A program made the translations under genes and the position numbers. Below, in pieces: positions 13,256 to 26,299 of a stretch of 64,000 nt of DNA; the stretch's first letter is position 1, and each line of letters begins with the position of its first letter. This stretch comes from Octopus vulgaris (Eukaryota): contig OX597822.1 in the NCBI GenBank assembly GCA_951406725.2, forward strand, positions 70,990,001-71,054,000, given 5' to 3'. Under the pieces are notes generated by a model that was not told the DNA's origin, did no database searches, and worked only from the letters and a program-made list of their open reading frames with translations.

Positions 13256-13637
13256 AAGCTACGAGCAAAACGCCCCCCCCCCCCATCTAATGGACGGTGC
13301 TGAGTTGTCAAGCATTTAAACCAAATTTTCTCAAAACAACTTGTCTGACCGTCCTATTTTGTGGCATTACTTTTTTTGCGCAAACTGCACGTGCATTTTT
13401 CTCACGTACGCATAGTATCGATCGCAACAGCTGATGTACTTGTGTGTACAAATGCACGTTCCCATGGCTTTATTGATCGCATTCTCACCTGGAATCGATT
13501 TTTGTAATTTTTTTCAAGACTTACACATGCCCTGATACCGTCGGTATCTATATATTAAATTTAAGCGCAATCAGATGGAGGATGCCTGAGATCCTAGCAG
13601 ACACACACACAGACAGAATGGATTTTATATAATAGAT
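13256..13637 (+). mobile_element. Helentron/HINE-like non-autonomous element
   Basis: 3' end ..ACAGACAGAATGGATTTTATATAATAGAT with CA/GACA repeat and a 5' subterminal stem, typical of HINE/DINE-like elements. Confidence 0.45.
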
Positions 13638-14110
13638 AGTGGGAAGGACCTTTGACCAATGGAATTTGGACAAATTTTTATTTGTTCAAATTCCACTAGG
13701 ATCAATTCAAACCTTCACCATTCTAAGGGAGATTAATAAACTGAAGAACCAGTTAAAGGTTGACTTAAATCATTGTCCCCTGCGTCAAGGTTGTGATCTT
13801 GTGACTTATTAGAAATCATTAATTGAGAGATATATTCAGATTTCTTTCACTCTTTTATTGGTTCCAGCCATCAGACTGTGCCAGCCTCCCTCTCCCATGA
13901 AGAATTTGAACAAAAATAAACATGTTTTTACAGACAGTAAACAGAAGAAAAAAAGAAAGAAAAAGAAATTTAGTTCTACAGCTGAATATATTTACTATAT
14001 TTATTTTACAAGAAACAGATAATGAATTTTTTTGACAGGAAATAATAATTTCGAACAGTTTGAACAACTTAATTAATGATAACAACAACAACAGATAACA
14101 CACATGCATG

Positions 14111-14141
<31 letters not shown>

Positions 14142-14877
14142 ATGCTTTTCAAGAAATTAAGGAATGAACAGAGAGATCAAATTGAAAAATAGAAAAATCA
14201 TTTTTACAGCACATCAAACAGAAGGGCTACTGATATGATATGAATTATCTGGTGAAGAAAATGTATGCTCGACAGAGTCGTAAGAAAACGGAAGGTGCAT
14301 CTATACTTCAGTCCTTTATCAAGCATAAAAAAAAAAAACTAATCCCTGCATCTTTCAAGATGGAGGGGTTTTTCTCATGCTCACAAAACAACAGTTGCAG
14401 GCAACACCAGCTAATGTTTGGAATATCATAATCTTTGCTGATCAAAGAACATGTTTTATTCAAGCATTATCAAATGAAATTTTTTTTTTTGAGTACTTAT
14501 AAAAAGAACTACAATTGTTCAAGGAAAGACTTCTGTCAAAACTAGTGGTTGGAAAACACTATTTTAGTCCAATACTGATTCAAGTGTTTATATGAATTTA
14601 ATTCTAGCTTGGCTAGCTTGCACACAAATCAGTCAATGCTTTGCTTACCGATTTCTATATAGGAATAAATATTTTTTAGTTTACTTGAGAATGTTTGGGA
14701 TTGTTCATCACTGAGGAGATGAAGTGAGGTCAAAATGCTGGTGTCTGATGATCTGCTGGCAGCATACTGACTGAGCTCTGTCTCACTGACAAATTTCTCA
14801 ATGACAAAATGTTACACCTAATATTTGTATAGATATTATAAACTTTATAAACATCTTTATTTTACACACATCAAGTG

Positions 14878-15060
14878 AAGTGAGCTGGCAGAATCATTAG
14901 CATGTTGGGCGAAATGCTTAGTGGTATTTCATCTGTCTTTACATTCTGAGTTCAAATGCCACCAGGGTCAACTTTGTCTTTCATCCTTTTGGGGTCAATA
15001 AATTAAGTACTAGTTGTGTACTGGGGTCGATCTGATCGCATGCCCCCTCCCACCAAATTG
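14878..15060 (+). mobile_element. SINE family B
   Basis: Same consensus as 60811-61040. Confidence 0.8.
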
Positions 15061-16474
15061 TCAGATATACCTGTAACAAAGTGTTGCCACTGTAACCTGA
15101 ACGTTGGCTGCTGTAATAAGAGTTAAGATTGTAACTTGGCCTTGTTATTGCTGGAACAAGAGGTTAATTAAGAAGCAAAAATCCTCATGTTATGAAAGGT
15201 AACATGCATTCTTGATTGGAATAAATGAAAGAGCCATTCTTGAACTTCACAAATAATTTAATACCAATTCAAAACCAGGTAAGAATTCACCAATAACATG
15301 CTTCGGTTGAAGCAATACATAAATGAAGAATGTGTACATATCTTGCCTTGTCATGTTTCATCCATAGAAGTTAAATTAAAATATACAAGAGAATTTCATA
15401 TGCCACTTAGATTTATTTCTCATGTAAAAGCAAGCTGTGCACATGTTGTGCAACTTAATAACTATGTGATGCCTGGTTGCTCCTTTAAGGCATTTGGTTC
15501 CTTGGGTCACGTGTAGCAAAATCTATGTGCTCTCAACACAGAAATGTGTCTCGCACTAAGTCTGGTGATCAAAGAAAGATCAAAGTTCTGTGGCTATTCA
15601 ATATAGAGTCTAGAAACTGTTGGCTCCCCCTGGTGACTAAATTACTTTCTAGAACATTCCATGGCTCATTGGGATTAGTAAAAGGGACATAAATCCAATT
15701 TCTTAGAAGCTTCTAGAATTGAGATCACTGTAGGTAACTCCCATAATTCGTAAATTAGGCAATGACAAATCCGTTTCAAATTACATAACTCCTATATACC
15801 CCTGTCTGTGCATTTGTGTCCTAGTATATAGTTAAAGAAATGCAAGTATCACAATATAAAGACATTAGACATAATGTGGATTCATGGCTAATTGTAACTT
15901 TGAAGTTTGAGAAGTTGAATCAGGCTTAAGAAGAAGCAACATGAGGTCAAGGAATCTCAAAATAAACTTGCAAGTGTTAATGATCCCTGAAAGCCACAGA
16001 TCCATTTTGGAACTACGCTTAGAAGAACATGCCAAGACAAATGATGATATATGGTAAAAAGTTTAGTTACTACATTGGTTGGAGTAAAACACCCCTTAGA
16101 GCTGAAAGTCTGGGAGAAGTGGAAAGATTAAGCAAAAACATGGAAAATAAGAAAAATCAACAACAGCAACAAAAAGAACAAACTCTTGTTTTCAGAGTTC
16201 CACCACCCAAAACTCTTGGGTTGGCAATGGAAATATCTTTAGACTAAGTATGTGAGACCGATGAGAAATAGCTTAATCCCCAAACAGTAGAAAATTCTAG
16301 AGCTACATCGTATTGTGTGACGAGGAAGGAATTTTCTATAAAATTCTCTTGTTCTTTCTTGTCTTGCAAACTACCTGGTTACCTCACTGGTGCCAGTTGG
16401 CATGAAAGAATCATGCTAGCACTGAGTGTAAAGTAGTTGACATTAGGAAAAGCATCCAGCAGTAGAAACCAGTA

Positions 16475-16660
16475 GAGGTGCAATGGCCCAGTGGTTAGGG
16501 CAGCGGACTCGCGGTCATAAGAATGCGGTTTCGATTCCCAGACCGGGCATTGTGAGTGTTTATTGAGCAAAAACACCTAAGCTCCATTAGGCTCCAGTGG
16601 GGTGAACCCCACTGTACTCTTTCACCACAACTTTCTCTCATTCTTACTTCCTACTTCTGC
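16475..16660 (+). mobile_element. tRNA-derived SINE family D
   Basis: A box TGGCCCAGTGGTTAG, B box GGTTTCGATTCC; homologue at 29049-29265. Confidence 0.75.
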
Positions 16661-17082
16661 CACAAAGCAAAGGAACCATGGAGTAACCCACTATGGTATG
16701 GTAAACTTTCAGACCCTAGTCTAGATTGCGAATCCTCTGTACCCAAGGATGGTTCAGCTCTCCACCCATTAAAAGCCACTGTTTACGGAATACGGATAAC
16801 AATGTAGCTTTCGCGCCCGTGCAACCGCCAGTCTATTGCATGTGGTGGGTGGATCTTCAAGTTGCCACACGCATTCTTAGTAGCTTAGAGTAGGCTCGAA
16901 TTAGAGATTATTCTTTGTAGCTAATGGCGTGAATCTTGATTGGAAGAAGAAGAAGCAGCAGAAACCATGCCAGAGCTGACGTTGGAGCTTGATGCAGCCC
17001 ACTGGCTTGTCGGATCCTGTCAAACTGTCTAACCAGCACCAACATGAAAAACAGACTTTTAACTGATGGTGGTGAAAAAGAC

Positions 17083-17119
<37 letters not shown>

Positions 17120-17787
17120 GTGATATGTTGATGATAATGATGAGATAAAGATTCCCGAAAAGTTGTTGAAAATCTGAGGATGAAAAATAGAAAGAAAAAA
17201 GAAGTCGTGAAAAGAAGACTCGGCATAACCCCCCCCCCCCAAAAAAAAAAAAACGAGGAGGAACAGTTTCTTCAAAATGGTAATAAACTCCCATCACAGG
17301 AAAATAACAAAGAAAATGAAGAGAATGAAGATGAATGAAGATTTAACAGTCTTCAAGAATCAAATAAACAGTTTATAGAGAAAATTACACGTTTGTTGTA
17401 TTACAGATTTTCTGAAGAAGTTAGAATAAGAGAAAAATAATTAAATTCAGATTATAAACATGTAAAACATAGATTACCAGTAAAATTAAAACTAAGGCAT
17501 TACAGAGAACTTAAAAGAATACCCTCAAGGTGTGAGTGTTTTTCAACACCAAATGTTACAAAATAGCTCACTGGTACATTTGCTTACAGTTGAACATGAT
17601 TTGAAAAATGGCTAAGTGAACACTCATGGTGCATCCTGACACAACCTAACCAATAATCTTTCATGTTTTTTCCTTAGATTATATCTTTCTTAAATTGTCG
17701 TATATTTTATTATATATTTTAAATTTATTTCCATATGAATGTGTGTCTATGTATGCATGTGTGTGTGTATATATAGATGTATATATA

Positions 17788-18265
17788 TCATCATCATCAT
17801 CATCATCATCATTTAGCGTCCGCTTTCCATGCTAGCATGGGTTGGACGGTTCAACTGGGGTCTGTGAAGCCAGAAGGCTGCATCAGGCCCAGTCTGATCT
17901 GGCAGTGTTTCTATGGCTGGATGCCCTTCCTAACGCCAACCACTCCATGAGTGTAGTGGGTGCTTTTTACGTGCCACCTGCACAGGTGCCAGACGGAGCT
18001 GGCAAATGGCCACAGACGAATGGTGCTTTTTACGTGTATATGTATGTATATATATATGGTGGCATGTAAAATTGCCGGTGACACGTAAAAAGCACCCACT
18101 ACACTCACGGAGTGGTTGGCGTTAGGAAGGGCATCCAGCTGTAGAAACATTGCTAGATCAGACTGGGCCTGGTGCAGCCTTCTGGCTTCCCAGACCCCAT
18201 TTGAGCCATCCAACCCATGCTAGCATGGAAAGCGGACGTTAAACGATGATGATGATGATGATGAT
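17788..18265. mobile_element. Head-to-head inverted pair of family C repeats
   Basis: 17788-18035 (-) and 18058-18265 (+). Confidence 0.85.
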
Positions 18266-18280
18266 ATATATATATATATA

Positions 18281-18351
<71 letters not shown>

Positions 18352-18390
18352 ATATATATATACATATACATATATATATATATATATATA

Positions 18391-18586
18391 TAGTTGAAAT
18401 TTACAGAAAAACAAAAGACAAAGACAGTTGTATAAACAACAAGCAGGTGCATTAGTTTGATGCTCAGGAAGGTGAGAAAGTCTTTTATGTTTCGAGCCTA
18501 TGCTCTTCAACAGAAAGGAACATGAGGAAATAAACAGAAAGAGAATAAAAAAACTTGTAGAGTTAGTGGTGGTCAATCATGGTGAG
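18391..18586 (-). mobile_element. ~200-nt hammerhead-bearing element (CUGUUGA family)
   Basis: Aligns end-to-end with 50661-50853; (TA)n at 3' end. Confidence 0.65.
18482..18517 (-). ncRNA. Minimal hammerhead-like motif with CUGUUGA core
   Basis: Minus strand CTTT-CTGTTGA-A-GAGC-atag-GCTC-GAAA-CATA-AAAG. Confidence 0.55.
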
Positions 18587-18636
18587 CACGCACATATATA
18601 TGTACATATATATACATATATGTGTGTGTGTGTGTA

Positions 18637-19032
18637 TACTCTTACTCTCATTTACTCTTTTACTCGTTTCAGTCAGTTGACTGCGGCCATGCTGGAGCAC
18701 CACCTTTAGTCGAGCAAATTGACCCTAGGACTTATTCTTTGTAAGCCCAGTACTTATTCTATCGGTCCCTTTTGCTGAACCACTAAGTTACAGGGATGTA
18801 AACACACGAGCATCAGTTGTCAAGCGATATTGAGGGGACAAACACAGACACACAAACACACACACATATAAATATATACAACGGGCTCCTTTCAGTTTCC
18901 ATCTACCAAATCCACTCACAAGGCTTTGATCAGCCCGAGGTTATAGTAGAAGACACTTGCCCAAGGTGCCATGCAGTGGGACCGAACACGGAACCATGTG
19001 GTTGGTAAGCAAGCTACTTACTACACAGCCAT
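18637..19032 (-). mobile_element. SINE family A
   Basis: Reverse complement of family A. Confidence 0.88.
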
Positions 19033-19231
19033 ATGTATATATATGTATGTATATATATGTATGTGTGTGTGTGTATATGTGTATATATGTATATATATGT
19101 GCATATAGATATATATATGTGTGTACATACATATATATGCATATATGTATAGATATAGATATATATGTATATAGATATATATATGTGTGTGTGCGTGCAC
19201 ATGTGTGTATATGTATGTATATATATATTGA

Positions 19232-19581
19232 ATAGGTTTGGAAAAGTTCAGGGAGCTACTATTGCTGCTGTTAGCAAAAGTATTTTCCTACAGAGTGAAA
19301 GGTAGATTGTATGATACTTATGTCAGAACTGCAGTGTTGCATGGCAAGTAAGACAAGGACAGTCAATGAAGAGGATATGAGAAAACTGGAAAGAAATGAA
19401 GTGAGCTGTTTCATTGGATGTGCAACGTAAGTGTGCATGAATGACATAATTTAAATGTGTTGAGAGAAAGATTCGGCATAAGAGGAATCAGATGTGATGT
19501 ACAAGAAAGAAGACTGCAATTGTATGGAAATGTGATGTGTATGAATGAAGACAGTTGTTAAAGAAGTACCAATCACTAGAT

Positions 19582-19582
<1 letters not shown>
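19232..19582 (+). mobile_element. Decayed RTE LINE fragment
   Basis: GWxKFREL-like start, VKGRLYD, MRKLERNE, WMCNVSV; homologous to 55791-56200. Confidence 0.7.
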
Positions 19583-19642
<60 letters not shown>

Positions 19643-19664
19643 TAATATAATAATAATAACAGTA

Positions 19665-19879
19665 ATCTTTTCTACTCTCAGCACAAGGCCTCACATTTTT
19701 GGGGAGGGGGGCCAGTCAAGTAGATCGACTTCAGTACGCAACTGGTACTTAATTTATCGACCCTGAAAGGATGAAAGGCAAAGTTGACCATGGTGGAATT
19801 TGAACTCAGAATGTAAAGATAGATGACATACCGCTATGCATTTTGCCCGGTGTGCTAATGTTTCTGCCAGCTCACTACC

Positions 19880-19880
<1 letters not shown>
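19665..19880 (-). mobile_element. SINE family B inserted in (AAT)n
   Basis: Reverse complement of family B. Confidence 0.8.
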
Positions 19881-19936
<56 letters not shown>

Positions 19937-19954
19937 GTAATAATAATAATGATA

Positions 19955-20007
<53 letters not shown>

Positions 20008-20060
20008 AAGCTATGCCAACACTATGGAATAACAACAGAAAAAAGATGGTATAGACACAA
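20008..20060 (+). mobile_element. R4/Dong-like LINE fragment following (AAT)n
   Basis: KLCQHYGITTEKRWYRH resembles the R4/Dong region before the RLE domain; preceded by long (AAT)n. Confidence 0.5.
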
Positions 20061-20140
20061 GGTAAAAGAAAATGCCTATAGTAGAAAGGATTATTATTAC
20101 TATAATAATAATAATTATTATTATTATTATTATTATTATT

Positions 20141-20693
20141 GAGAGAGCAGTGCATGCCATCAAATTGACATTGGGGTACAAATATATGAAGCCTAGTGTA
20201 CCCGTCATGAGTACCCGTCTGATAAGGGTACACCACGTACATGAATCACAGCCATATGTGTATGACATGGTGATCTCATATCAAGATAAACAGCGTATGA
20301 TCTAGCAGGTGGAGTCCAGTTAGAATTTTGTTCAGGTTGAGTAGTTCATCCCACTCAAAGGGTCTCTGAATAAGGGTTGTTTAAGAATGTTGAACAAAAC
20401 ACCCAAGTTTCCATACATGAATTATTCAAACGTCAAAGAATTCCACTCAACACATGGCTATGATGCTCCCCGACTACTTCTGCTTGTGATCAGAGATGCA
20501 CATACCATTAGCCACCAAGAGAAATGCTCAACTGGTTATGGTCAAGCAACTGACAAGCAAATCTGTGGTATTGAGCAGAATATTTGCTGTAGCCCATCTT
20601 TTATACCAAGGCAAAACATGAACATGATAACACTTCCAATCATTTAAGATCAGAAGCCATGAGAGCCACTGCCTGGTACGGCATCAGGGCATT
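20141..20693. mobile_element. ~550-bp non-coding element inserted in (ATT)n microsatellite
   Basis: Complex sequence sharply bounded by (ATT)n on both sides. Confidence 0.55.
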
Positions 20694-20709
20694 TATTATC
20701 ATCATCATC

Positions 20710-20740
<31 letters not shown>

Positions 20741-20774
20741 CTATTACTATTATTATTATTATTATTATTATTAC

Positions 20775-20822
<48 letters not shown>

Positions 20823-22059
20823 CATTATCATTTGGGAAGTATAATGGTACAGTATTAGACTTAATGCCTTGTAGTATTTTGTTACTTTCTTTCATGTTAT
20901 GAATTCCTTTCCATCCTTGTTCCAGTGTTGCCTTTTATCCTTCTGAAGCTGGTGAAATAAGTAAGAAATAAGTAAGTCAAGAACTAGTGGTGGTGGTGGT
21001 GGGTGTGGTGGTTGGGGTTTCGATTAAATTCACTATACCTCCACCCACCCATTAAATTTGCGATCTGGTGCCTAAAGTTAGGACATTATCATTATCATCA
21101 CCATCATCATCACCATCATTATTATTATTATTAGTATTATTATTATTTTTATTTTTATTGTTGTTTTCTTTTTACGAGAGAAGTAAAATTAGATTTGGTC
21201 TTTGATGTTAAAAGAATCCATTGGAAATATGGCGTTTAGAAAGTGCTTTATACAGATAATTATAAGTGATTTAACTGCAGCTAATAAAGCGCAAGTTAAC
21301 TGCATCAACAACAAGTCACAGCAGTTGGTTTGAGTTATGAGCTCGGCAAAGATTATAGAATCACTTTAACCCTTTACTGCATTGTCGGATGTCGTTTACA
21401 TGCCATCCAAATACGTTTGCTGTGTCCAAACGTTTATAAGTGAATCCATCACCGTCGTCACTTATTGTCATCCCCATAATTATTTTTCTTAATTCATTTT
21501 TATGCATTTATTTGGAAGAAAATGTGTTGTAATATCTCAAATGGAATAATGGGCACACAGCTTTAACTTTAACACAAAGTGGTGTTTTAGCGACACAAGT
21601 TGTAAAATAGTGTTAGTTGAAGGTAATAAAAGTCACATCAAGCCGGAACGTTCCAGTCAGTATCTTAGATAGCAAAACATTGGTTTAGGTGGCTTTTTAC
21701 TGTCAAACCGGCAGAAACACACTTGCAGTGATATCAAACAACACTAAATTAAATGTTAGCAATTTTTTTCTTACAAATCTGCCAATGGGATTTTAACATC
21801 AAGCAAACGAATCTAGCGTTTGTCAGCGAAATGTCTTTCTTGTGGTGCTGTCACCATTTCTGTGTTCTGTATTGGCAGTGATGGAGTAGGAACTTTTGAT
21901 AAAATACAAGGAATATGGAATATGTTGATGGGAATGTTGCTGTTTGATTCTCTTAAAGTCAAGCAGAATTATGGGGAAACTTTTATGGCTGTTCTGGTGA
22001 CTGAAAGACTAAAACGGAAGCATTATAATTACAGACATATATGTGTGGAGATACATATG

Positions 22060-22458
22060 CACACACACACACACATGCATACACACACACACACACACAC
22101 ACAGACACTCTAACATGAATACATATAAACGCACACACACACACACATGCATGCACATATACACACAGACACTCTAACATGAATACATATAAACACACAC
22201 ACACACACACATGCATGTACATATACACACAGACACTCTAACATGAATACACATACATGCACACACACACAGGCATACACATATGCACACAAACACTCTA
22301 ACATGAATACACATACACACACACACACATGCATACACATATACACACAGACACTCTAACATGAATACACACACATACACACACACATGCATACACACAC
22401 ACATGCATACACACACACATGCATACACACAGACACACTAACATGAATACACATATAT

Positions 22459-22460
<2 letters not shown>
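22060..22460. repeat. ~58-bp CA-rich tandem repeat
   Basis: Recurring ACACTCTAACATGAATAC anchor, about 6 copies. Confidence 0.75.
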
Positions 22461-22492
<32 letters not shown>

Positions 22493-23167
22493 TCTCATAT
22501 GAATATGTACACACTCACATGGATACCCAGAAAAATACGCATATACACATACACACATATATACATTCTCTCTCATGAATACACACACACACAGACAGAC
22601 ACATGTATACACACATACTCACATAGATACACAAAAACTGTGCATGTAAAAAAATAAGCACGTACATATACACATACTCTCACATGAAAACACACACAAA
22701 CACATGGATACACAAAACAATACATACATACATACATACATACATACATACATACATACATACATACATACATACAACATAATACATACATACATACATA
22801 CATACATACATACATACATACATACATACATACTTGAATAAACATAAACACACATATAAAACATTCAAACCAAGGAGAGAGCCTCTATGTGGTCACACTA
22901 CCTCCTAGAAAAAGCAACCAAATTTTCTATTCTCACCTCACCAAGGACACACTGGACAATGAAGTCTTGGATTCTCAGTTCACAGATAAAGTAAAAAAAA
23001 CAAAAAAAAACAAAAACAGAATAGTTACAGCTATGACCAAAGGGAACCTGAGATGGAGTGGCTTTGATCAAGGGTCAGTTTCATCAAAATTGATGCGGAT
23101 AGGTGAATGGGATGATAACAACAATGATAGCAATGGATAGATATGTAGATGTGTGTGTATATATATA

Positions 23168-23201
<34 letters not shown>

Positions 23202-23209
<8 letters not shown>

Positions 23210-23781
23210 GCAGTAAAAAAGTTTTGGCTATTCTTTCTACTTAAAAGGGAAGGTGACTTACTTTCATTCACCCTTTGAATTTGGCTGTACTGGCAAGAAT
23301 TACGCTCGCTCTGATACCATGAGTTGAGGTGATGTCTTCTAGTGCCTTCAAATTTAATACACAATTATTAATAATTGAGACGCAATTATTTATAATTGAA
23401 GAGTCCTACGCTGAGGAGGAAAATAGTCAGGTAAGACATAATTATTTAATTTTTATGCTCTGCAATGACTTAATTCCGAAACGTGTGTCCGTAGGTAACT
23501 TAATATAGAATGATTTTCGTCATTTCTTTCTCTTTTGCCTGCGTCGTTTGTTTTTTAAGTGCTTTGGTTTTACTGGGATCTCCCTTTTAAGTAGAAAGAA
23601 TAGCCAAAACTTTTTGACTGCTATTTCTAAATTCGGTGTGTGGTGAGGCAAATCGTTGCTGAACCCTTAATTACTTAGTATTACTTGAACCTTCCTTGAA
23701 TGGGTCTTTTACATGCCGAACTCTACTTGGTGAAATTGACGATTATTTCTAAATTAATTAATTGATTTCACCCTTTATTAT

Positions 23782-23785
<4 letters not shown>
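23202..23785 (+). mobile_element. Non-coding Penelope-like element with inverted 5' segment and hammerhead
   Basis: (TA)n flanks; 23202-23250 is the reverse complement of 23581-23629 (48/49). Confidence 0.7.
23405..23495 (+). ncRNA. Type I hammerhead ribozyme, canonical core
   Basis: Stem I CCTACG (23405-10)/CGTAGG (23490-95); core CTGAGGA (23411-17); stem II GGAA/TTCC extended by AGTCA/TGACT and CATAA/TTATG; GAAA (23478-81); stem III AC-GTGT-GT; GUC cleavage triplet at 23487-89. Confidence 0.85.
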
Positions 23786-23815
<30 letters not shown>

Positions 23816-24359
23816 GTAGGGAATATAATTCCAAAACTTACAGGGAAAAATTCAATTTAACAATTTTAAATCAAGTGTCAAGAGTCAAGACTATTGAAAA
23901 GGTTGCAAGATGCAATGAAAATTTTAGGAAAATAAAAATAAGAAATAAGTGGAAATTTTACTTGTGAGTGTGTTACATTATAAGGCACAAAAAGAAATAG
24001 ACTCTCCGTAGACACAACAGAATTTTAAATCAAATTTCATAATATATAATATATAATATATCCTTCGACAAAATAAGATATATTTTTATTTTAAGAAATA
24101 TTGTTAAATGCTTTTCAATTATTTATAGCTAATACACGTATTTTTTATTTATTTATTTGATAATTAGTTTAAGTTAAGATAAGTACATTTATTCTATTAT
24201 TATTTTTTATTATTTATTACCTTAGACCAGATGAGTGACTATATTTTAAAATAGAATTAATTTTAGTTCGATTTAATTCTATTGATTTTTAAAATAAGGT
24301 TTTTTATAGTATATGTTTTCGATATAGTGTGAATAACATCTTTCTTTATTGAATTGTTT

Positions 24360-24687
24360 AGTAGGAGTGGCTGTGTATTAAGAAGCTTGCTTATCAACCA
24401 CCTGGTTACAGGTTCAGTCCCACCGTGTCGCACCTTGGGCAAGTGTCTTCTACTATAGCCTTAGGCTGACCAAAGCCTTGTGAGTGGATTTGGTAGACGG
24501 AAAATGAAAGAAGCCTGTCATATATATGTATATATGTATATATATATATGTGTGTCTTGACAACCAATGCTGGTGCATTTACATCCCCGTAACTTAGCAG
24601 TTCGGCAAAAGAGACTGATAAAATAAGTACTAGGCTTACAAAGAATAAGTGCTGCAGTCAATTTGCTCAACTAAAGGCGGTGCTCCT
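24360..24687 (+). mobile_element. SINE family A (3'-truncated)
   Basis: Homologous to 32617-33070. Confidence 0.85.
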
Positions 24688-26299
24688 TTATATAAATATA
24701 TAAATTATATATATATATATATATATGCATGTATATATATACATATTGCAACATATACATACATGTGCATAGACATATTTAAACATGAATTGATCTGTGT
24801 TATATGTATATACATGTGTGCATATACAGATATGCACACACATATGTATAAGAATGTGTATCAATTTGTGTAATTAAATTTGTGTCTGTAAATATCAATT
24901 ATTAGCTGAAAAGCCTCTCTATCTGATGGTTTTTAAGCTACCTCCTGTGGAGGGCTCTTCATTGGACCTTGGGCCAACAAGGACACATCATGCATTGAGT
25001 ACATATTAAATTTTATTAAACTTGACAAATACTTTTCAAGCAATGAACACTTTTTATCAAAACAATGATATAATTTGTCTATTTGAAACTTACTGCAAAG
25101 CTGCATGATAAACAACATTTTTTTATCTTCCCATTTGGGGGTCAGTACAATTTTACAATTATTTTTTCTGTCTAACCTCTTTCTTTCATTCTCTTTCTGT
25201 TGATTGTTTTCACCCATCACCATCACCAGTAACACCACCATCACCACCACCACACCTGCCTTACACACTCCATTCAGACTTCTGATGCCACCACCATCAA
25301 TACCTTCAACTTTGCTGCCTTCCTTTCCACCGCCATCACCACTGTCTTTCACATCACTTATTATCACTGTCTTCCCTGATCACCACCACCACCACCACCA
25401 CCACCACCATCATCATCATTGCCTGCGCTTCTATCATAACTATAGCTCATACTATTATAATCATCTCATTACCATCACAACCATCAATCCACTACCATCC
25501 TCACTGTCTCTATGCCTACTATTACCCTCACCCCAGTAGGAGGAATAGTATAAGTGTCACTGAATAGTGAGAGAGGGGATCAAAGTGTGACATACTGACA
25601 CACAGAATTTCGTTTTGGCATTTATTGTTATAGATTAATGAGGTTGAGTATGTTGCTCATTATACATTTCTGATAATGTGTGTATGCATGCCCGTAAATA
25701 CATGTGATTATTATGTGAATGCCTGCGTGTATAACATATGATCATGATCATCATCGTTGTTATCACTGTCATCGTTATCATCATTGTCATCGTCATCGTT
25801 ATCCTTGTCATCATTGTCATCACCATCATCATCATCGTCGTCGTCATCATTTTCATTATCGTTGTCATCATCATCATCATCATCACCATCATGTTTGTGG
25901 TTGTCATCTTCATCATCATCATTGTTGCCATCTGCCACATCACCATCATCCTCATCCTCTTCACCACCACCAACTACCACCATCATCATTATCACCATCA
26001 TCATTGTTGCAACCATTGTCATTTTCATTATCATCATTCTAACCTAACATTCCCCTTTCTACATTTGGGTGGGTCGACTAGGTTTATCAGTATCTCACCT
26101 CTTGGCACATCTGATAACATGCATCAGCTTCTTATCATTGCATGCCTTGGTACTTACTACCATCCACTTTACAGTGTGGACCATGTGCATCTTATTGTGC
26201 CGCCAAAGAGATTGCCTGTTGAGTTTCTTCTACATTTACTTTTGTACATTTCTAGAGTTACAATTCTTCCAAGCAGGTTGCCTGCTCTGTGAAATCATA

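Noticed and set aside
14706-14742. CATCA-CTGAGGA..GGTC-AAAATGC-TGGTG hammerhead-like string
   Set aside because: Needs several corrections in stem II, GAAA and UH; no carrier element or TA flanks
15298-16247. Two 72-aa ORFs in unique sequence
   Set aside because: No recognisable motif or consistent splice structure
16475-16550. tRNA gene
   Set aside because: A and B boxes are present but continue into a SINE body repeated at 29049; no proper acceptor stem
21366-22020. TTAACCCTTT piggyBac-like end and 97-aa ORF
   Set aside because: No matching right end nearby and no transposase similarity
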